Source: Trypanosoma brucei
Taxonomy: Eukaryota
DNA: 64,000 nucleotides
Assembly (NCBI GenBank): GCA_000002445.1
Contig: CP000069.1
Coordinates: 1,024,001-1,088,000, forward strand
Direction of reading: 5' to 3'
Positions 11,604 to 23,298 of this stretch are shown here, one piece after another (the first letter of the stretch is position 1; each line of letters begins with the position of its first letter). Below the pieces are notes generated by a model. That model was not told the origin of the DNA and ran no database searches. It saw nothing but the letters and a program-made list of their open reading frames with translations. Position numbers and translations under genes: made by a program.

Positions 11604-13003
11604 ATTCAACTTCATTTCGTTCCGTCCATTTTAGATGTTGTATATATATATATATATATATTCTTCCCTCCCTCTGCTTTCTTTCTCATTTTGCTTTTTC
11701 GTCATAAATATATATTTGTGTAAACGTTGTCCATTAATATGGGCGTTGCTATTAGAAAATGGGAACAAACACAAATACAAAATAAGGAAAAAAAACAAAC
11801 ACGCAACGGAGAGACGGGAGCCAAATAACGAAAATGGAAACAAAAAAAGGTAATAAAATCAGGATTGTGTTTCAGGAGAAAAAGAAAGTAAGGAGCAAAA
11901 TTCGTAAAAGCTGCTACAAGGGAGTGAGAAGCAAAAACAAAAATAAAAAAAGGAAAATGATGAGAGAAAATAAAGATGGAAATAAAAAAAACAAATGAAA
12001 AGGTTATTTGAAAAAAAATTAAAGATGTTACTTTCTTTTACTATTTCCCTCCCTAGTCCTTTCATTCCGTTGAGTTGGCAAGTCGAGAGAACTTTATTCA
12101 TCATTTGCTTTTTTTTTATTTTCTCCTTTTTTTTTTGGAGGGGGGGGTTTCATTTTAAGTTTTTTCTTTGTTCCCAACAACTTTTGATATTAGAGGGGAA
12201 TTCGTGAAGCAAATATGAAGCCAACGAAAGGGAACTCCCCACACGCGCACACGCCCCGGTCAAATCCACTGCTTTTTCTTTTCCTTTTTTTTTTGCTATC
12301 TTCAGTTGATTGTTATTATTATTATTACTATTTTTCCCTTTTTCATTTTTTTTCGTCTTGGTTTGTAGGAAATTCTCCTTTTCACTGCTTACCACTCACA
12401 TTTACTTCATCAATTCCTTTTTTTTTCCTCCTCAACTTTTTTCCTTCCTTTATTTTACGTCCTCCTCCTCCTCCTTTCCCTTCCCTTTTTCCTTCTGTTC
12501 CGCTTAGATTCAAATAGAAAAATAAAAATAAAAATAAACTTAGCGAACAACAAAAACAAAACAAAACAAAACAAAAAAGAGGAAAGTTTCCTCCATTCAT
12601 GCGGTATAACACCACAATCACAATCAGAATCACCACACGTACAGATACAAATACGCGCAAATCCAATTACACAAAAAAAACACAACGCACAATTTCCCTA
12701 CTTTTCTTACTTCTTTTTTTTTTTATTCTTCAATTAAATCATACCTTTTCCTTTTCCTTCCTTATTTTCCCACTTTTTCTTTTTTCCTCACCCACTCAAC
12801 CATTTTTTTTTCTCTTTTTTTAAAAATATTTTCATTCCTTCTTCATTCTTTTCCTCCTTTCATTTCTTTCTTTCTTTTTATTTTTTTTTAAAATTATCTT
12901 TCCTTCCTACTAATTTCCGATGCAGTTTTTTTTTCCTTCTTTTTTTTCTCTTTTTCTTTTTTTTTCTCTTTTTCTATTTTTGTTTTTCCCCTTTCCAAAT
13001 GTC

Positions 13004-13312
13004 TCAATCCTCCAACCTTACGCTGTAAAAACTGTACGGATCATGGCGGAAGCGTGAGGCATAAGCGGGTGGGAGAACCATTTCATTTTGCACAGCAGCG
13101 CTGTATGGAGGTGGTGGCGGAAGGTCGGGTTTCTCACCATGTGAAAAGGCGCAACGGGACCCAAACGAGCAATGCGCACCGAACCGATAATTACGGCACG
13201 GTTGCGTGCGGAATTTGCTGGCGTCAACACCCCTGCGTCCATTACGTGAGCCACTGAAGCTGAGGCTGTTTTCTGATCGCACGTCGGAAAGAGTGGGTGT
13301 TGAAATGTGCAT
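13004..13312 (-). CDS. ZFP1: small CCCH zinc-finger protein, ZFP1-type (single C-x8-C-x5-C-x3-H finger plus PPPPY motif)
   Basis: 102-aa ORF; ATG at 13310-13312 checked. Finger is CRNYRFGAHCSFGSRCAFSH (C-x8-C-x5-C-x3-H) preceded by KFRTQP. A PPPPY (PY/WW-ligand) motif lies downstream. The size and architecture match the trypanosome ZFP1 class. The ZFP1 name is inferred from architecture, not from sequence identity. Confidence 0.7.
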   Translation of the reverse strand: MHISTPTLSDVRSENSLSFSGSRNGRRGVDASKFRTQPCRNYRFGAHCSFGSRCAFSHGEKPDLPPPPPYSAAVQNEMVLPPAYASRFRHDPYSFYSVRLED

Positions 13313-14417
13313 TGCCGCTCTCCTTTTTCTTTTCTTCTTCTCTCTCTTTTTTCCTTCCTGTTTTCCTTCCGGGTTATCTCTTCTTGCTTTTTGGTATGTC
13401 CTTCGTACCGTATGCTTTTCTAAAGTTTTCCGTGAAGTATTGTTGTTCTTCCTTCTCTTCGTGAATGCTCCTGCTTAACGGTGTTGTCGCCTCTTTAGCT
13501 GTATTCAAGGAGTGAATAACAGATAGATGGCTGTAATCCCGAGAAAACTTTTTTTTTTATTGGTGTAAGTTTCGCTTAGTGCTAAAAGGAAAAAAAAAAG
13601 GTCGCTTGAGGTCTGCTGTGGGAATGGAAATCTCCTTCTTATTGCAAAAATAAAGAAAAGAGAAAGAGAAAGAGGAAACGTTTATAAAGAATAACTTCTT
13701 CATATGGAAATAATAATAATAATGGGAAAATAACACAAAAGGATGAGTGTTTAAAAACATAAGATGATAAACACAAGCGGGAGTTGTTGCTGCAAAGATT
13801 GAGACAGACCTAGCATCAGTAAGAGGTGAACCATGAGTTGAGTGACATGGAAAACCGACAAACAAATAAAGAAAGAAAAAACATATTATTTGGCGCTTTT
13901 CAGTTACCCATACACCAAAAAAAGCAAAATTTCATTTAGTAGAATGACGGGTATGTGTTTCTTCTTGCTCTTTTTCCTTTTTGGTATTATTAATATTACT
14001 ATAATAATAATAATTACTGTTATTATTATTATTATTTTTTTTTTCTTCACTCATTTTTTTTGCCGACAGATGTTGAAAACAAACAAACAAAAGCAAACAA
14101 AGGGACAAACAGTTCCTAACTTCTACTACCCAATATTTTCCTCCTTTCCCTTTCCTATTGCCTCATCCACATAGGCAAACGCACAGCCACACAAACGCGA
14201 ACACAAATAACCAGAAGTGGGCGAGCAGGCGCGACATCCCGGTAACCACCTTTGACCAACTTCAAAAGTTCTCCTTTTCTTTCCTCATTTTTTTTTGTTT
14301 CTGAATGTTCTTTTCTTCTCTTCTTTTCCTTCCCCTCCCTCGGCGTATGCTCCGGATTTCTATGCTTTTTTTTTGCAAATTCCTCCACTCCGCAATTTAA
14401 CCCTTCTCACCGCATAA

Positions 14418-17400
14418 TTATATCGGTGGTGGCTCGTCATCATTTCCAACGGCACTTGTTGAAGCAAGTGTAATCGAAAGTAACTGTTGCTGATGGTTGT
14501 TACGATGCGTATTTTCCAAATAACCACCCACACGAGGCCCTGAAAGGAAGAGATCGTGGCTTTGCTCTTTATATTTTGCCCAGACAGGACTTGCTGAGAG
14601 GATCTCCTCCACGCGCTGACCATGAATGGGATCCTTCAGATCTGCGATTGCCTTAAGGACTTTAATGATAAGAGCCCGTACAGCCGCCGGAGCCTGATCT
14701 CCACACACTTCAGGGGTGAGTCCATTCTCTAACCATTCGAGTAAGCGCTGGACAAGTTGATTTTGAAGGGCGAGGCGTAAAATGTTAACACGAGAGGATG
14801 GACGGGAAAAAAGACGGCACAACATATCCATGAGAATCGGCAACTGCGATGGGTGGGACCGCTGGTATGCGAGGAGGGATGCGATAAGATCAAAGTTCGC
14901 CAAACTCTCTACACAAACAGGAGAACCACATTCTTCACGTACCAACTTCAGCGCATTCTCTGATACCACGTCTTCCGGCGATTCCATTAGTGTAAACAAC
15001 TTTTGGGCATATCCAAGGGAAACTATGTGATCCACCATCGAGCTAGTTGTTCGAAGCAGTGTGAGAGCTGAGTCGGCAACAAGTGTGAGGATTTCGGCAT
15101 TACGTTCCCCTGCAGAGCGACCACATTCCTCTGCGAAACGGCCCAACAGGGCTGAAAGAAATTCCTTCGGTTTCCGAACCACCCACCCCGATTGGCTCAA
15201 GTACCTCTTCAAGTACACACCGCCAACCTGCAACTCATCGATGTTCTCAACCATGATGCTCTCCGGCAAACTCCACGTGGCGCTGGGGGAGCGCTGCAAC
15301 AATGCAGCAATCTCTTCCTGATATGTGGTGCAATTATCCACAAAGCGAGCTCGGCGCTCTTTAGTCCACACCAACTCGGGAGTTTCCTGGTAGGTGTCGA
15401 GAAGCTGGCAGGCGGCCACGGGGTTCTCTTTCATGGTATCAAGTATAGCGTAAGGGAGCAATTTTAATATGTGCAGTGTCGCCTTTGGTCCCCACAATTT
15501 ATTTGTGCTTATTTTCACGAGAGCCAAACAGGCATCATTCCTACATTCTGGGTTCGTTGTCGTTGCAATAATGCGAAGCAGCAATACATACAAGCCACGA
15601 TCAAAGGCTTGCTGTACAAAAGCACACTCCGGAAGTGCCACATTGAGGAATGCAAGACAACATCGTTCCACTGCAACACCATCACGAACCATAGCCAACA
15701 ATACTTCGGTAACAGCTGTATCAACCCTACACATAGCCTCAAGACAGTTACGATGAAATGTAACCTTCTCCAAAAGCTCAGATGATTTGATTGTGATGGC
15801 GGTGTCCTTGTACGAAAGTAGTTTTAACAAAATAGCTACATATCGCTCCAGAACAGTTGCCACATCGGCGGTTTGGTACGCAACTACCAAGTTCTTCGCC
15901 GCCTCCACTACCATGAGCACGCCCTCAGAGGAGTTCTTACCAATCTGAGCCTGCAGGTACGCCATTAAAGCACTACAGAAGGCAGCAGGCTCCTCAATAG
16001 GGTAATTGGATTGCTCATTATATATTCGCACAAACAAATCACCCACAATAAGCTCATCCTTATGGAGTTTGTATATGAAGCGCTCATCGATGTTAAAAGG
16101 TAGATCATGAGTAACCATGCCACCGTTAAAGCACTTCTCAGAGTTTGAACCCACAATCTCCAACAACTGCTCACGTGTTTCGTTGTTCCACAATAGGTAT
16201 GGCGTTTCGTGATTTGTGTTGAGCATCTTCAAAATCTCTTCCTCTGCACCCGGAAGTTTTGACATCTTCTGGATTATAAATGGGGTTAGTAATCTCTTAA
16301 GCGCCGTGAACACTTTGGCATTGCTAGGCGTGTTCAAATAATCCTCAGATGGCACAATACCGGCCATAGCATATAGAGCCTGTAGCGCATAAACTGCCGC
16401 ACGGTTGGCGAAAAGTTGTGTATGATTTTCCTCCTGCATCTCGATTCCGCTCTGAACCAATGTCGAATCGTAACGGAAAAGGAGAAGTAAGAGATGCCAC
16501 ATCGCACCGTGTTGTATAACACGCTCCTGCAAAACGTCGTCCACGCACAACTCACGGCATGTTTGAATGCAGGCGCGGGAAAGTGCCAGCGCCTTATCGT
16601 ATGCGATGCCTTTGGCCGCAAAATGGCAGATCGTAGGTTCTAGATGAATGCGGCTACGGGATTCAGGGAACTTAGCAGCGACGGAGAACGTGAGCATGGT
16701 GTTACACAGTATCTTCACTTGCGTAAGGTCGTCGGTCGCAGCTGGTGTGAGTGTCTCGGAGCAACGCTGCATAACTGCTGAAAGTAAAGCTATTCCACCT
16801 TCCTCCTGAAGCTCATCAGCGTTAAGAGAAACATTACGCACGGTGTGATAACACAATTCCATTGCTGGTACCATGAGGACGGTGTCTTTGTGTAGCATGT
16901 TGGGGTCCTCATACTCCATCTTGACAAGTTTTAACAGGAGACTGTAACCAGCGTACTTGTAGCGACTCAGCGTTTCAGCATGACGTTTATACAGAATAGA
17001 TTGGGTTCGAAGAAGGAGGTCAATGTTATTTGGATCGGGTTCGCTTGACTCCAGCGTGTCTGACGCGAGAAACTCGTATGCTACCTGAATACGTTCGAAT
17101 TTATCACGTCCGTCTGGGTTTTTGTCAGGGTGATACTTTGCCGCGAGCTTAAAGTATGCCTTGCGCACCGTCTGCTGCGTGGCTCCCGTCGCCTCCGTAA
17201 TACCAAGTTCTGCCAAACAACCTTCACGACTGAGTCCACTCGGTTTCTTTTCTAGTTCACACTGCCACGCAATGAGAACTTCGCGCAATAGTGAAATAGG
17301 ATCGGCAATAGGCCAGTTTGGGTAGCGTAGTTCATCACACAAGTGTCGCAGATAATATTGTGAACAGAAAAGCTCGCGCTTAAGTTGCTCATATACTATG

Positions 17401-20400
17401 CCCACAATCGGACAATACTGATAAATGGCACGTATATTGCTGAAGAGCCTCGGTGTGAAGTCCGCAATATGACCTGCAATCTTTTCCATAAGATACCTCC
17501 GCATATTATTGTTCCAAATCGCCTCCGGCGTTTCGTACTCGCCCAACCAGATATCAGCAAAGCGCTCTGGGCCATGTGCTGTTAAAAAGCAAACGAGCGC
17601 GGGCGGTAGCATGGCACTTAGGACACTGCTCCGCACGATATCGTTGTTTCCACTTTGCTGGTGTACGGACTGCTTACAGTGTGAGAGGTGCAACAACCGA
17701 CAAAGTGGAATTACGTCGGAACCGGTGTACATCAGAGTAAAGAAGAATACACCAGTAAGGAAGAATTGCGGCATGTGTGGGTTTTCATCCATAAGGCTGT
17801 ACAATAATGTGTGAACACGGCTACAAATCGTGGGCTCGAATGTCAGTAGTAGTTGCACAACGTGGGGAAGAACCTGTGGACCTGACAAGAACCGTTTCAC
17901 CTGAGGAATGGGATACATTACAGCTCCATTCTCATCTCTCGACGGGTAGTGAGTACAGAGTAACTGTAGAATATCAAGGACAACGCATGATACTTCCGTG
18001 AAATTAAGCATTTTGTTACTACCACTCGCCACGAGACCCCAGCGAAGTTGATGTACGTCTTTAATTGGTAACCATCCCGACAACCCTTGCGCCCATACCT
18101 TTGTACTGTTGTTGACTGTGCCATCCTTGTACATCTGCTCCAACTTCGCATAAGACACTGGATCCCGCTTTTCTCCATCTTTTATATAGTACCACTCCTT
18201 CTCCTGATCGCGAAGGTCAACAGAGGACTCCCCACCGCACTCAATAGCATTGGTTGAGCAATGGATCTGTGGTCTATCAACATGCAGGTGGGCAATGGGG
18301 AGAAGCTCAACGAGAATTTTCAGGCCGTCACAACCAAGAAACAACTTGACATTCTGGCGGTTGCGCAACACTTGGAGCATAAATAGCAAAAGTTGATCAC
18401 GGAACAGTGGACAAAGGGTCGATTTCAGCAAATTTACCAAGTGTCCTATGTCGTTAAAGTGTCCAATAGCCCCATAGTAGTGCTCGTAGAGAATAGACAT
18501 GGCATTCAAACATTCCAACTGAATTTTTTGATCCTGTGAAAGCAGAAAGCGATGGTACACATCCGTGAAGAAATCCTTTGGCTTCGCAACAACCGGTTTC
18601 TTGGAATCAAAAAGCAACCGTAGGTAATGATCTCCAACCTTCAGTTCGTCTTCAAGACTGGGGTACCGCAACTCAAATTCACGGTAGTTCCACGCAATAA
18701 CCTTGTCGCGGCGCATCTCCATACCTGCCTTGAGGGCCTGCATTTCAGTTTCCAGCGCCTCTCGTAATTCATTGCGTGTTGTATGGTTCCAAATGAGATC
18801 CGGTCGAAGGTGGTCTTGTTTCAACTGGTAAAACATCATGTTCCAGTTAAGCGTAGGTTTAACGCGCACATTTCGTGGTCGAGTTTGCGCCGGACGAAAT
18901 GCCGCTTGCGTCGTCGTATGGCTCCCCGACACACGCGAAAGAACGTCACTTGGGTGAAAGCGTTTTTTAAACCAACCGTTTTTGGATTCCCAGTGGTCGC
19001 CAGACATGGCAACAACATTTTTTGTGGGTCCCTTTTCCATCTCGTCCTCCGGCGGTTCTTCCCGAGATTGCAGAAAATACAAAAATGCAGGTGGAACTAT
19101 GCAGCGCAGGAGGTCCTGCATATCGGAATTCTGATACGCCCAGTAAGCAATAAGTCTGCGCGCCAGGTCACGCACCTCGCGCTTCGTCCCGAAAATTGCT
19201 TCGTGTAGCTGCTTGAGTATTCCACCTTCGCTAAGTGATGCCCTCTGCATGGCGGTAAATTGTTCAGGCGTTCCTTCCTCGAGAATAGCGCGTATCAGTT
19301 GACCCGCACTGTAACTAGTGGCGTCACAACTGTACTGCAACAACGAAAACAATTCACTCCCGGCAACATCAACAAGTTGCTTCATAACAGCATGAAACAA
19401 CTTAGAATCTGTCGTATCACAGAATGGTGGACATAAGGCGTACACAAAGAAGTTGAGCAGCGCCTGAATGATAAGTGAAGCATTATCAGCCGCAGAATAG
19501 TCCCTTAGCATTCGTAAAATGTGGTTCATGAAACCCTCATTACCCAAAATTCGGTTCTTATTTGCCTCCTCATGGGTCACCTCGTAGTGGTCATGATGAG
19601 GTACCATCAATACGTTAATGAAGTCGATCATTGCATGAAAAACAGTGACATTGCTCATTTTTATGGCTTCTTCGCAGGCTGATTCAATACACTTGACAAG
19701 GGAAGGAACAATCGCTGCAGAACTAAATCCTGTGCGCGTCACGCACAGCCGGCGGAGGGCATAAAAATGCTGAGCGAACTCCAAGGGATTTCCGTTTTTA
19801 GGGAAATTCTCCAGCAATAACATTAACGCACTGAAGATCATCTTCTCCCGGTTTTCCGCGAACAACCCATCACTGTTCTCGGAGAAACGTGGACCACAAT
19901 GATCCACATTGGCATTAAAAAACTGCACAATATCAGTTAGTGAAAGGACCACTCCTCCCCCACTGTTGTTTGGATCAATAATACAATTGAGAAGTGTACT
20001 CTCAACCTCTTGTGAGACCAGTGCGCGTAACGGTGCAGTCCGTTTGCCGCGGTCCACGGTGGTTGCGACGACATGCATATTATGGTTCTGTGCGGAGCGG
20101 CAGCAGTCCACAAGATGAGACAAAAGTGCATCTCGCATGGGTGAGGTATACACTTTGCTCATCATCGGCACCGCGAATTGGATAATAAACCGTTGGTCAT
20201 CCCAGTCGCAACGTACAAGCGAGTGAATGCTGGTGAATGAAAAGAGACTCACTGTATTATACGTCTCGGGGTCCAGCTCTTGCAGATGATCTCGTGTTGT
20301 AACTAGTGCGCGACGCACCGGTATGTTGTTATGCTTTACACTGAGTTTCATGACCGGAAACTGAGCTGTCGGTATGAGGAGGTTGGCCTCCACACCCAGA

Positions 20401-21128
20401 CGACTCGTTTTGAATATGTGCGGACTCATCTCGGGAACGGCGTTTAGGGGAGGAAGACCAACAAACCGTTTGGAGAAGTCCGCAATATGCTCACGGATGA
20501 CCTTCGGGTTTGTAACTTCATAAAGGTGGGCTTTCATCAAGGGACCATAAAGTATTACGAGACTTGATGGGTTATCTTGAATGGAGGTGATCCCTCTTAT
20601 GTGCACGAAAAGATACTCACCAACAACGACCCCCTCCTCATTAATTTGTTCCACGGACACAGATGTAACGCGAAGTCGACAAGGCCTTTTTCTTTCATTA
20701 AAGCAGTATTTCTGGCAAACAAAAGAAAGTGAGTCTAGCTGGCTGCGGTACTTCATGTCGATGAGTGCACGGTACCGTTGAACATCCGTAAGTAACTCGG
20801 ATCGCTCCAAAGATGTGCTGCAGCTAAAGTTCATCACTTCCGACTTTCCTTTGCCAACGGTAGTTATAGCAAAATCTGTCTGGTTGTTTGGGTGAGGTGT
20901 GACGTCGATGAGTTGCGATCCGTAGTCCCACCTGTTTGTCACACGGAATATGCTCTGAGGATTTATTGTGGCAAGTTCCTTGCGACCAACGCAAAATATG
21001 CGCATGTATTTTCCCTTCCACGAACTCTTAATCACTGTGTGACGAGCAATGTAGTCATCCACTGGTTGACGCTCCCCCTCCTTGCCAGTTGGGACATCGG
21101 CCACGGACTCTGTTGGATGATTTTCCAT
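14418..21128 (-). CDS. RME8: RME-8 (receptor-mediated endocytosis 8 / DNAJC13-like) endosomal J-domain protein
   Basis: 2236-aa ORF; ATG at 21126-21128 checked. Central J domain is [31 protein letters not shown] with the HPD tripeptide. Four IWN-type repeats flank it: [40 protein letters not shown] and [13 protein letters not shown]. Length and domain order are diagnostic of RME-8. Confidence 0.9.
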   Translation of the reverse strand: MENHPTESVADVPTGKEGERQPVDDYIARHTVIKSSWKGKYMRIFCVGRKELATINPQSIFRVTNRWDYGSQLIDVTPHPNNQTDFAITTVGKGKSEVMNFSCSTSLERSELLTDVQRYRALIDMKYRSQLDSLSFVCQKYCFNERKRPCRLRVTSVSVEQINEEGVVVGEYLFVHIRGITSIQDNPSSLVILYGPLMKAHLYEVTNPKVIREHIADFSKRFVGLPPLNAVPEMSPHIFKTSRLGVEANLLIPTAQFPVMKLSVKHNNIPVRRALVTTRDHLQELDPETYNTVSLFSFTSIHSLVRCDWDDQRFIIQFAVPMMSKVYTSPMRDALLSHLVDCCRSAQNHNMHVVATTVDRGKRTAPLRALVSQEVESTLLNCIIDPNNSGGGVVLSLTDIVQFFNANVDHCGPRFSENSDGLFAENREKMIFSALMLLLENFPKNGNPLEFAQHFYALRRLCVTRTGFSSAAIVPSLVKCIESACEEAIKMSNVTVFHAMIDFINVLMVPHHDHYEVTHEEANKNRILGNEGFMNHILRMLRDYSAADNASLIIQALLNFFVYALCPPFCDTTDSKLFHAVMKQLVDVAGSELFSLLQYSCDATSYSAGQLIRAILEEGTPEQFTAMQRASLSEGGILKQLHEAIFGTKREVRDLARRLIAYWAYQNSDMQDLLRCIVPPAFLYFLQSREEPPEDEMEKGPTKNVVAMSGDHWESKNGWFKKRFHPSDVLSRVSGSHTTTQAAFRPAQTRPRNVRVKPTLNWNMMFYQLKQDHLRPDLIWNHTTRNELREALETEMQALKAGMEMRRDKVIAWNYREFELRYPSLEDELKVGDHYLRLLFDSKKPVVAKPKDFFTDVYHRFLLSQDQKIQLECLNAMSILYEHYYGAIGHFNDIGHLVNLLKSTLCPLFRDQLLLFMLQVLRNRQNVKLFLGCDGLKILVELLPIAHLHVDRPQIHCSTNAIECGGESSVDLRDQEKEWYYIKDGEKRDPVSYAKLEQMYKDGTVNNSTKVWAQGLSGWLPIKDVHQLRWGLVASGSNKMLNFTEVSCVVLDILQLLCTHYPSRDENGAVMYPIPQVKRFLSGPQVLPHVVQLLLTFEPTICSRVHTLLYSLMDENPHMPQFFLTGVFFFTLMYTGSDVIPLCRLLHLSHCKQSVHQQSGNNDIVRSSVLSAMLPPALVCFLTAHGPERFADIWLGEYETPEAIWNNNMRRYLMEKIAGHIADFTPRLFSNIRAIYQYCPIVGIVYEQLKRELFCSQYYLRHLCDELRYPNWPIADPISLLREVLIAWQCELEKKPSGLSREGCLAELGITEATGATQQTVRKAYFKLAAKYHPDKNPDGRDKFERIQVAYEFLASDTLESSEPDPNNIDLLLRTQSILYKRHAETLSRYKYAGYSLLLKLVKMEYEDPNMLHKDTVLMVPAMELCYHTVRNVSLNADELQEEGGIALLSAVMQRCSETLTPAATDDLTQVKILCNTMLTFSVAAKFPESRSRIHLEPTICHFAAKGIAYDKALALSRACIQTCRELCVDDVLQERVIQHGAMWHLLLLLFRYDSTLVQSGIEMQEENHTQLFANRAAVYALQALYAMAGIVPSEDYLNTPSNAKVFTALKRLLTPFIIQKMSKLPGAEEEILKMLNTNHETPYLLWNNETREQLLEIVGSNSEKCFNGGMVTHDLPFNIDERFIYKLHKDELIVGDLFVRIYNEQSNYPIEEPAAFCSALMAYLQAQIGKNSSEGVLMVVEAAKNLVVAYQTADVATVLERYVAILLKLLSYKDTAITIKSSELLEKVTFHRNCLEAMCRVDTAVTEVLLAMVRDGVAVERCCLAFLNVALPECAFVQQAFDRGLYVLLLRIIATTTNPECRNDACLALVKISTNKLWGPKATLHILKLLPYAILDTMKENPVAACQLLDTYQETPELVWTKERRARFVDNCTTYQEEIAALLQRSPSATWSLPESIMVENIDELQVGGVYLKRYLSQSGWVVRKPKEFLSALLGRFAEECGRSAGERNAEILTLVADSALTLLRTTSSMVDHIVSLGYAQKLFTLMESPEDVVSENALKLVREECGSPVCVESLANFDLIASLLAYQRSHPSQLPILMDMLCRLFSRPSSRVNILRLALQNQLVQRLLEWLENGLTPEVCGDQAPAAVRALIIKVLKAIADLKDPIHGQRVEEILSASPVWAKYKEQSHDLFLSGPRVGGYLENTHRNNHQQQLLSITLASTSAVGNDDEPPPI

Positions 21129-21189
21129 CGCACGTCAACTTGCACTGATCGCTACCTTGCAGTTTTGGAATTTAAGATTGCTCTTTACA

Positions 21190-21262
21190 AGAAATGCGAA
21201 ATGCACGCACGCATGCGCAGAAAAAGAAGATATTATGTATAATTTATTTGAAAAAAGAAAGA
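21190..21262 (-). promoter_or_regulatory. polypyrimidine tract and probable trans-splice acceptor region upstream of RME-8
   Basis: The plus strand is purine-rich (agaaaaagaagatattatgtataatttatttgaaaaaagaaagagaaaatc). This makes a polypyrimidine tract on the sense (minus) strand about 60-130 nt 5' of the ATG. AG dinucleotides follow on the sense strand. This is the standard kinetoplastid SL-addition signal. Confidence 0.4.
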
Positions 21263-21690
21263 GAAAATCTAACACTGAAGCACTAGATGTATCTTTTCCG
21301 CTTCGAATAGCTCACCTCACGTAATTTGTGATACAAGAAGAGCCGTATCGTCATGCAGAAAATATACACACATCGATACATTTCCAACATTAACAGTTTA
21401 TCAACACATGCATTTACTCGGCAAGTTATTTTTCCCCCACCAAATTGGCCAGTTTACTCGCGGTTCCTGTTTCCTTTAGGGATCACTTTCACAAAAAAAA
21501 AGAGTTGTTGTCAGTGAAGAACAACGACAAACCCAACAGGGGAAAAAAAACAACGGGAAGGAAAGGTAGCGTGAAAGGACTTAGAAACAACCTAGTGATT
21601 TCTATGCAACTGTTGATTAACCAAGAAGGTTGTAAGCACCTACTTGTTGCCACTGTGTACAAATAACGACATTTCATTCACTTAACTTCC

Positions 21691-23298
21691 CTATTTGCAC
21701 CGCCTGCGGCGCGTCGACGACCAGTAAAGCAACACAGTTCCCACAGCTGTTGCCATCAACAAAGCAGAGGCAATCCGGCCTTTTCGGGTTCTAAATGGAG
21801 CAGTAGCGAATCCCACTGCATCTGCTGAAAGGCGCTCCCACCGGCTGCGCAACACCCGACCCATCACACTGTACTTTGTTGCTGATGTAATGACCACTAC
21901 CACGCTCTCCCCCATCCGTGCTTGCGCAGGATCAACAAGTACTTGAACGTAGTTTTTCGTATGTCCAACTAGATGGTGCTTGTCGTGTGCGGTTTCTAGT
22001 AGCGTAACGTTGTGCACCTCACCAACCATCGAATCGAACGTACGATAAGAATTGAAGAAGTTAGTTAACTCTGTGGTACGATGTTTAGCAACATCTGTTG
22101 GGATCTGCTTCATGGCTGCCGCTGGGGTGTTCCGCCGTGGGTAGAAACGTGTGATGTTTATCACTTCGAACTTAGCTCTCTTGCATAGTTCCATCGTTTC
22201 CTGCCATTCTGATTCGCCCTCACCGGGAAAGGCACAAATAATGTCGGTGGCAACTGTAGCCTTCGGAACTGCAGCGCGGATACTGTCGATGCACATAAAG
22301 AACTCTTCAACAGTATACTCACGTAGCATGGTTTGAAGAATGCTGTCAGAACCGGATTGCACAGGGATATGAACGAACTCGTACACGTTTGGATGCTTCA
22401 GAACAGTCGCAAAGCCATCGACATGTCTCAACAGGTAAGGTGGATTACTCATACCAACACGCAGCATCACATCAGTTCCCTCCAACTCTACCGCAACGGC
22501 CCGTAGTAAATAAACTACATCCGTACCTATATCAATACCGTAGGCACCCGAGTCCTCTGATGTAAGTCTGATTTCCTTCACACCATCCCTCACCACTTCT
22601 CGCACCCTATCGACAATCACCTCCACTGGGTAGCTCCGCAAGTCCCCCCGAGCTTGCTTTGTTTTGCAATACGTACAGTTATTTAAGCAGCCCACACTAA
22701 TGGGAATAATTTCGATGTATTTATTCCGACGAACCTTAGGAAGGTCAAGCGCTGGGAGTTCATTAGATTCATTCGACTGTCGTTGGTCCTCCGTTTCACC
22801 TAGCAACCGCACGCAGTTACCTTGCAACGCCTCCTGAACAACATAACTAACGCAGTCAATGCTTCTGACACCAACAACACTTACGTCTCCCCATTGTTTG
22901 TTTGTGGGGTCCGCCTGTGGGACACAACCGGCGACAATAAGTGGTTTCCCGGTGTCTCGCACACGATTCATCATACTGACAAAATGTTCCTCACTTGGAT
23001 TCTTGACGGTGCAGGAATTAAGAAGATAGGCGTCAGCTTGCCCAAATTCGTCGGTGACGTTGTACCCCGATTCCACAAGTTGTCCAGCCATATACTCACC
23101 GTCACTTACATTGTGGCCGCAACCAAACGTATGAACAAAAATAGTGGCATTTCCAGGGATTCCTGGCCCGTAGTCCTCGCGAACGACACGACGACGTCGA
23201 CTGTTAACATTTTGTGCGCAGTTCCCTCGAGGAGCACTTAAGGAACTGTTGCAGAAGAAATCCTCGATATCTCCCTCTCGCGCACTGTTTCTCTTCAT
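21691..23298 (-). CDS. CDKAL1-like radical-SAM tRNA methylthiotransferase (e-MtaB family) with C-terminal membrane anchor
   Basis: The ORF-track entry runs to 23397, but that start codon is TTG. The first ATG is at 23296-23298 (MKRNSAREGD...). The region upstream of it translates to F/L-rich low complexity. The N-terminal MTTase domain has FVHTFGCGHNVSDGEY. The radical-SAM cysteine triad is CLNNCTYC. A TRAM-like region follows. The C-terminal hydrophobic helix is ALLMATAVGTVLLYW followed by basic residues, which is typical of tail-anchored CDKAL1. Confidence 0.8.
   Translation of the reverse strand: MKRNSAREGDIEDFFCNSSLSAPRGNCAQNVNSRRRRVVREDYGPGIPGNATIFVHTFGCGHNVSDGEYMAGQLVESGYNVTDEFGQADAYLLNSCTVKNPSEEHFVSMMNRVRDTGKPLIVAGCVPQADPTNKQWGDVSVVGVRSIDCVSYVVQEALQGNCVRLLGETEDQRQSNESNELPALDLPKVRRNKYIEIIPISVGCLNNCTYCKTKQARGDLRSYPVEVIVDRVREVVRDGVKEIRLTSEDSGAYGIDIGTDVVYLLRAVAVELEGTDVMLRVGMSNPPYLLRHVDGFATVLKHPNVYEFVHIPVQSGSDSILQTMLREYTVEEFFMCIDSIRAAVPKATVATDIICAFPGEGESEWQETMELCKRAKFEVINITRFYPRRNTPAAAMKQIPTDVAKHRTTELTNFFNSYRTFDSMVGEVHNVTLLETAHDKHHLVGHTKNYVQVLVDPAQARMGESVVVVITSATKYSVMGRVLRSRWERLSADAVGFATAPFRTRKGRIASALLMATAVGTVLLYWSSTRRRRCK

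Noticed and set aside
5171-12823. Numerous 60-130-aa ORFs in the 5-13 kb interval, for example 8053-8445, 9302-9652, 9424-9825, 12215-12517 and 12382-12666
   Set aside because: Their translations are poly-F/L/K/N low complexity. They are produced by reading homopolymer, (AAT)n and (CT)n tracts in frame. They overlap each other on both strands, and there is no coding-like composition.
13018-13478. ORFs overlapping the ZFP1-type gene on both strands (13018-13254 on the minus strand, 13054-13257 and 13206-13478 on the plus strand)
   Set aside because: They are alternative frames of the same GC-rich segment. Only the 13004-13312 frame carries the CCCH finger and a verified ATG.
14782-20185. Plus-strand and alternative-frame ORFs of 60-140 aa nested inside RME-8 and the other long genes, for example 18783-19208, 24977-25540, 28970-29440, 47767-48126, 48205-48615 and 49285-49887
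   Set aside because: These are antisense or out-of-frame shadows of GC-balanced coding sequence, which are expected by chance. None has recognisable motifs, and all are fully contained within strongly supported genes.
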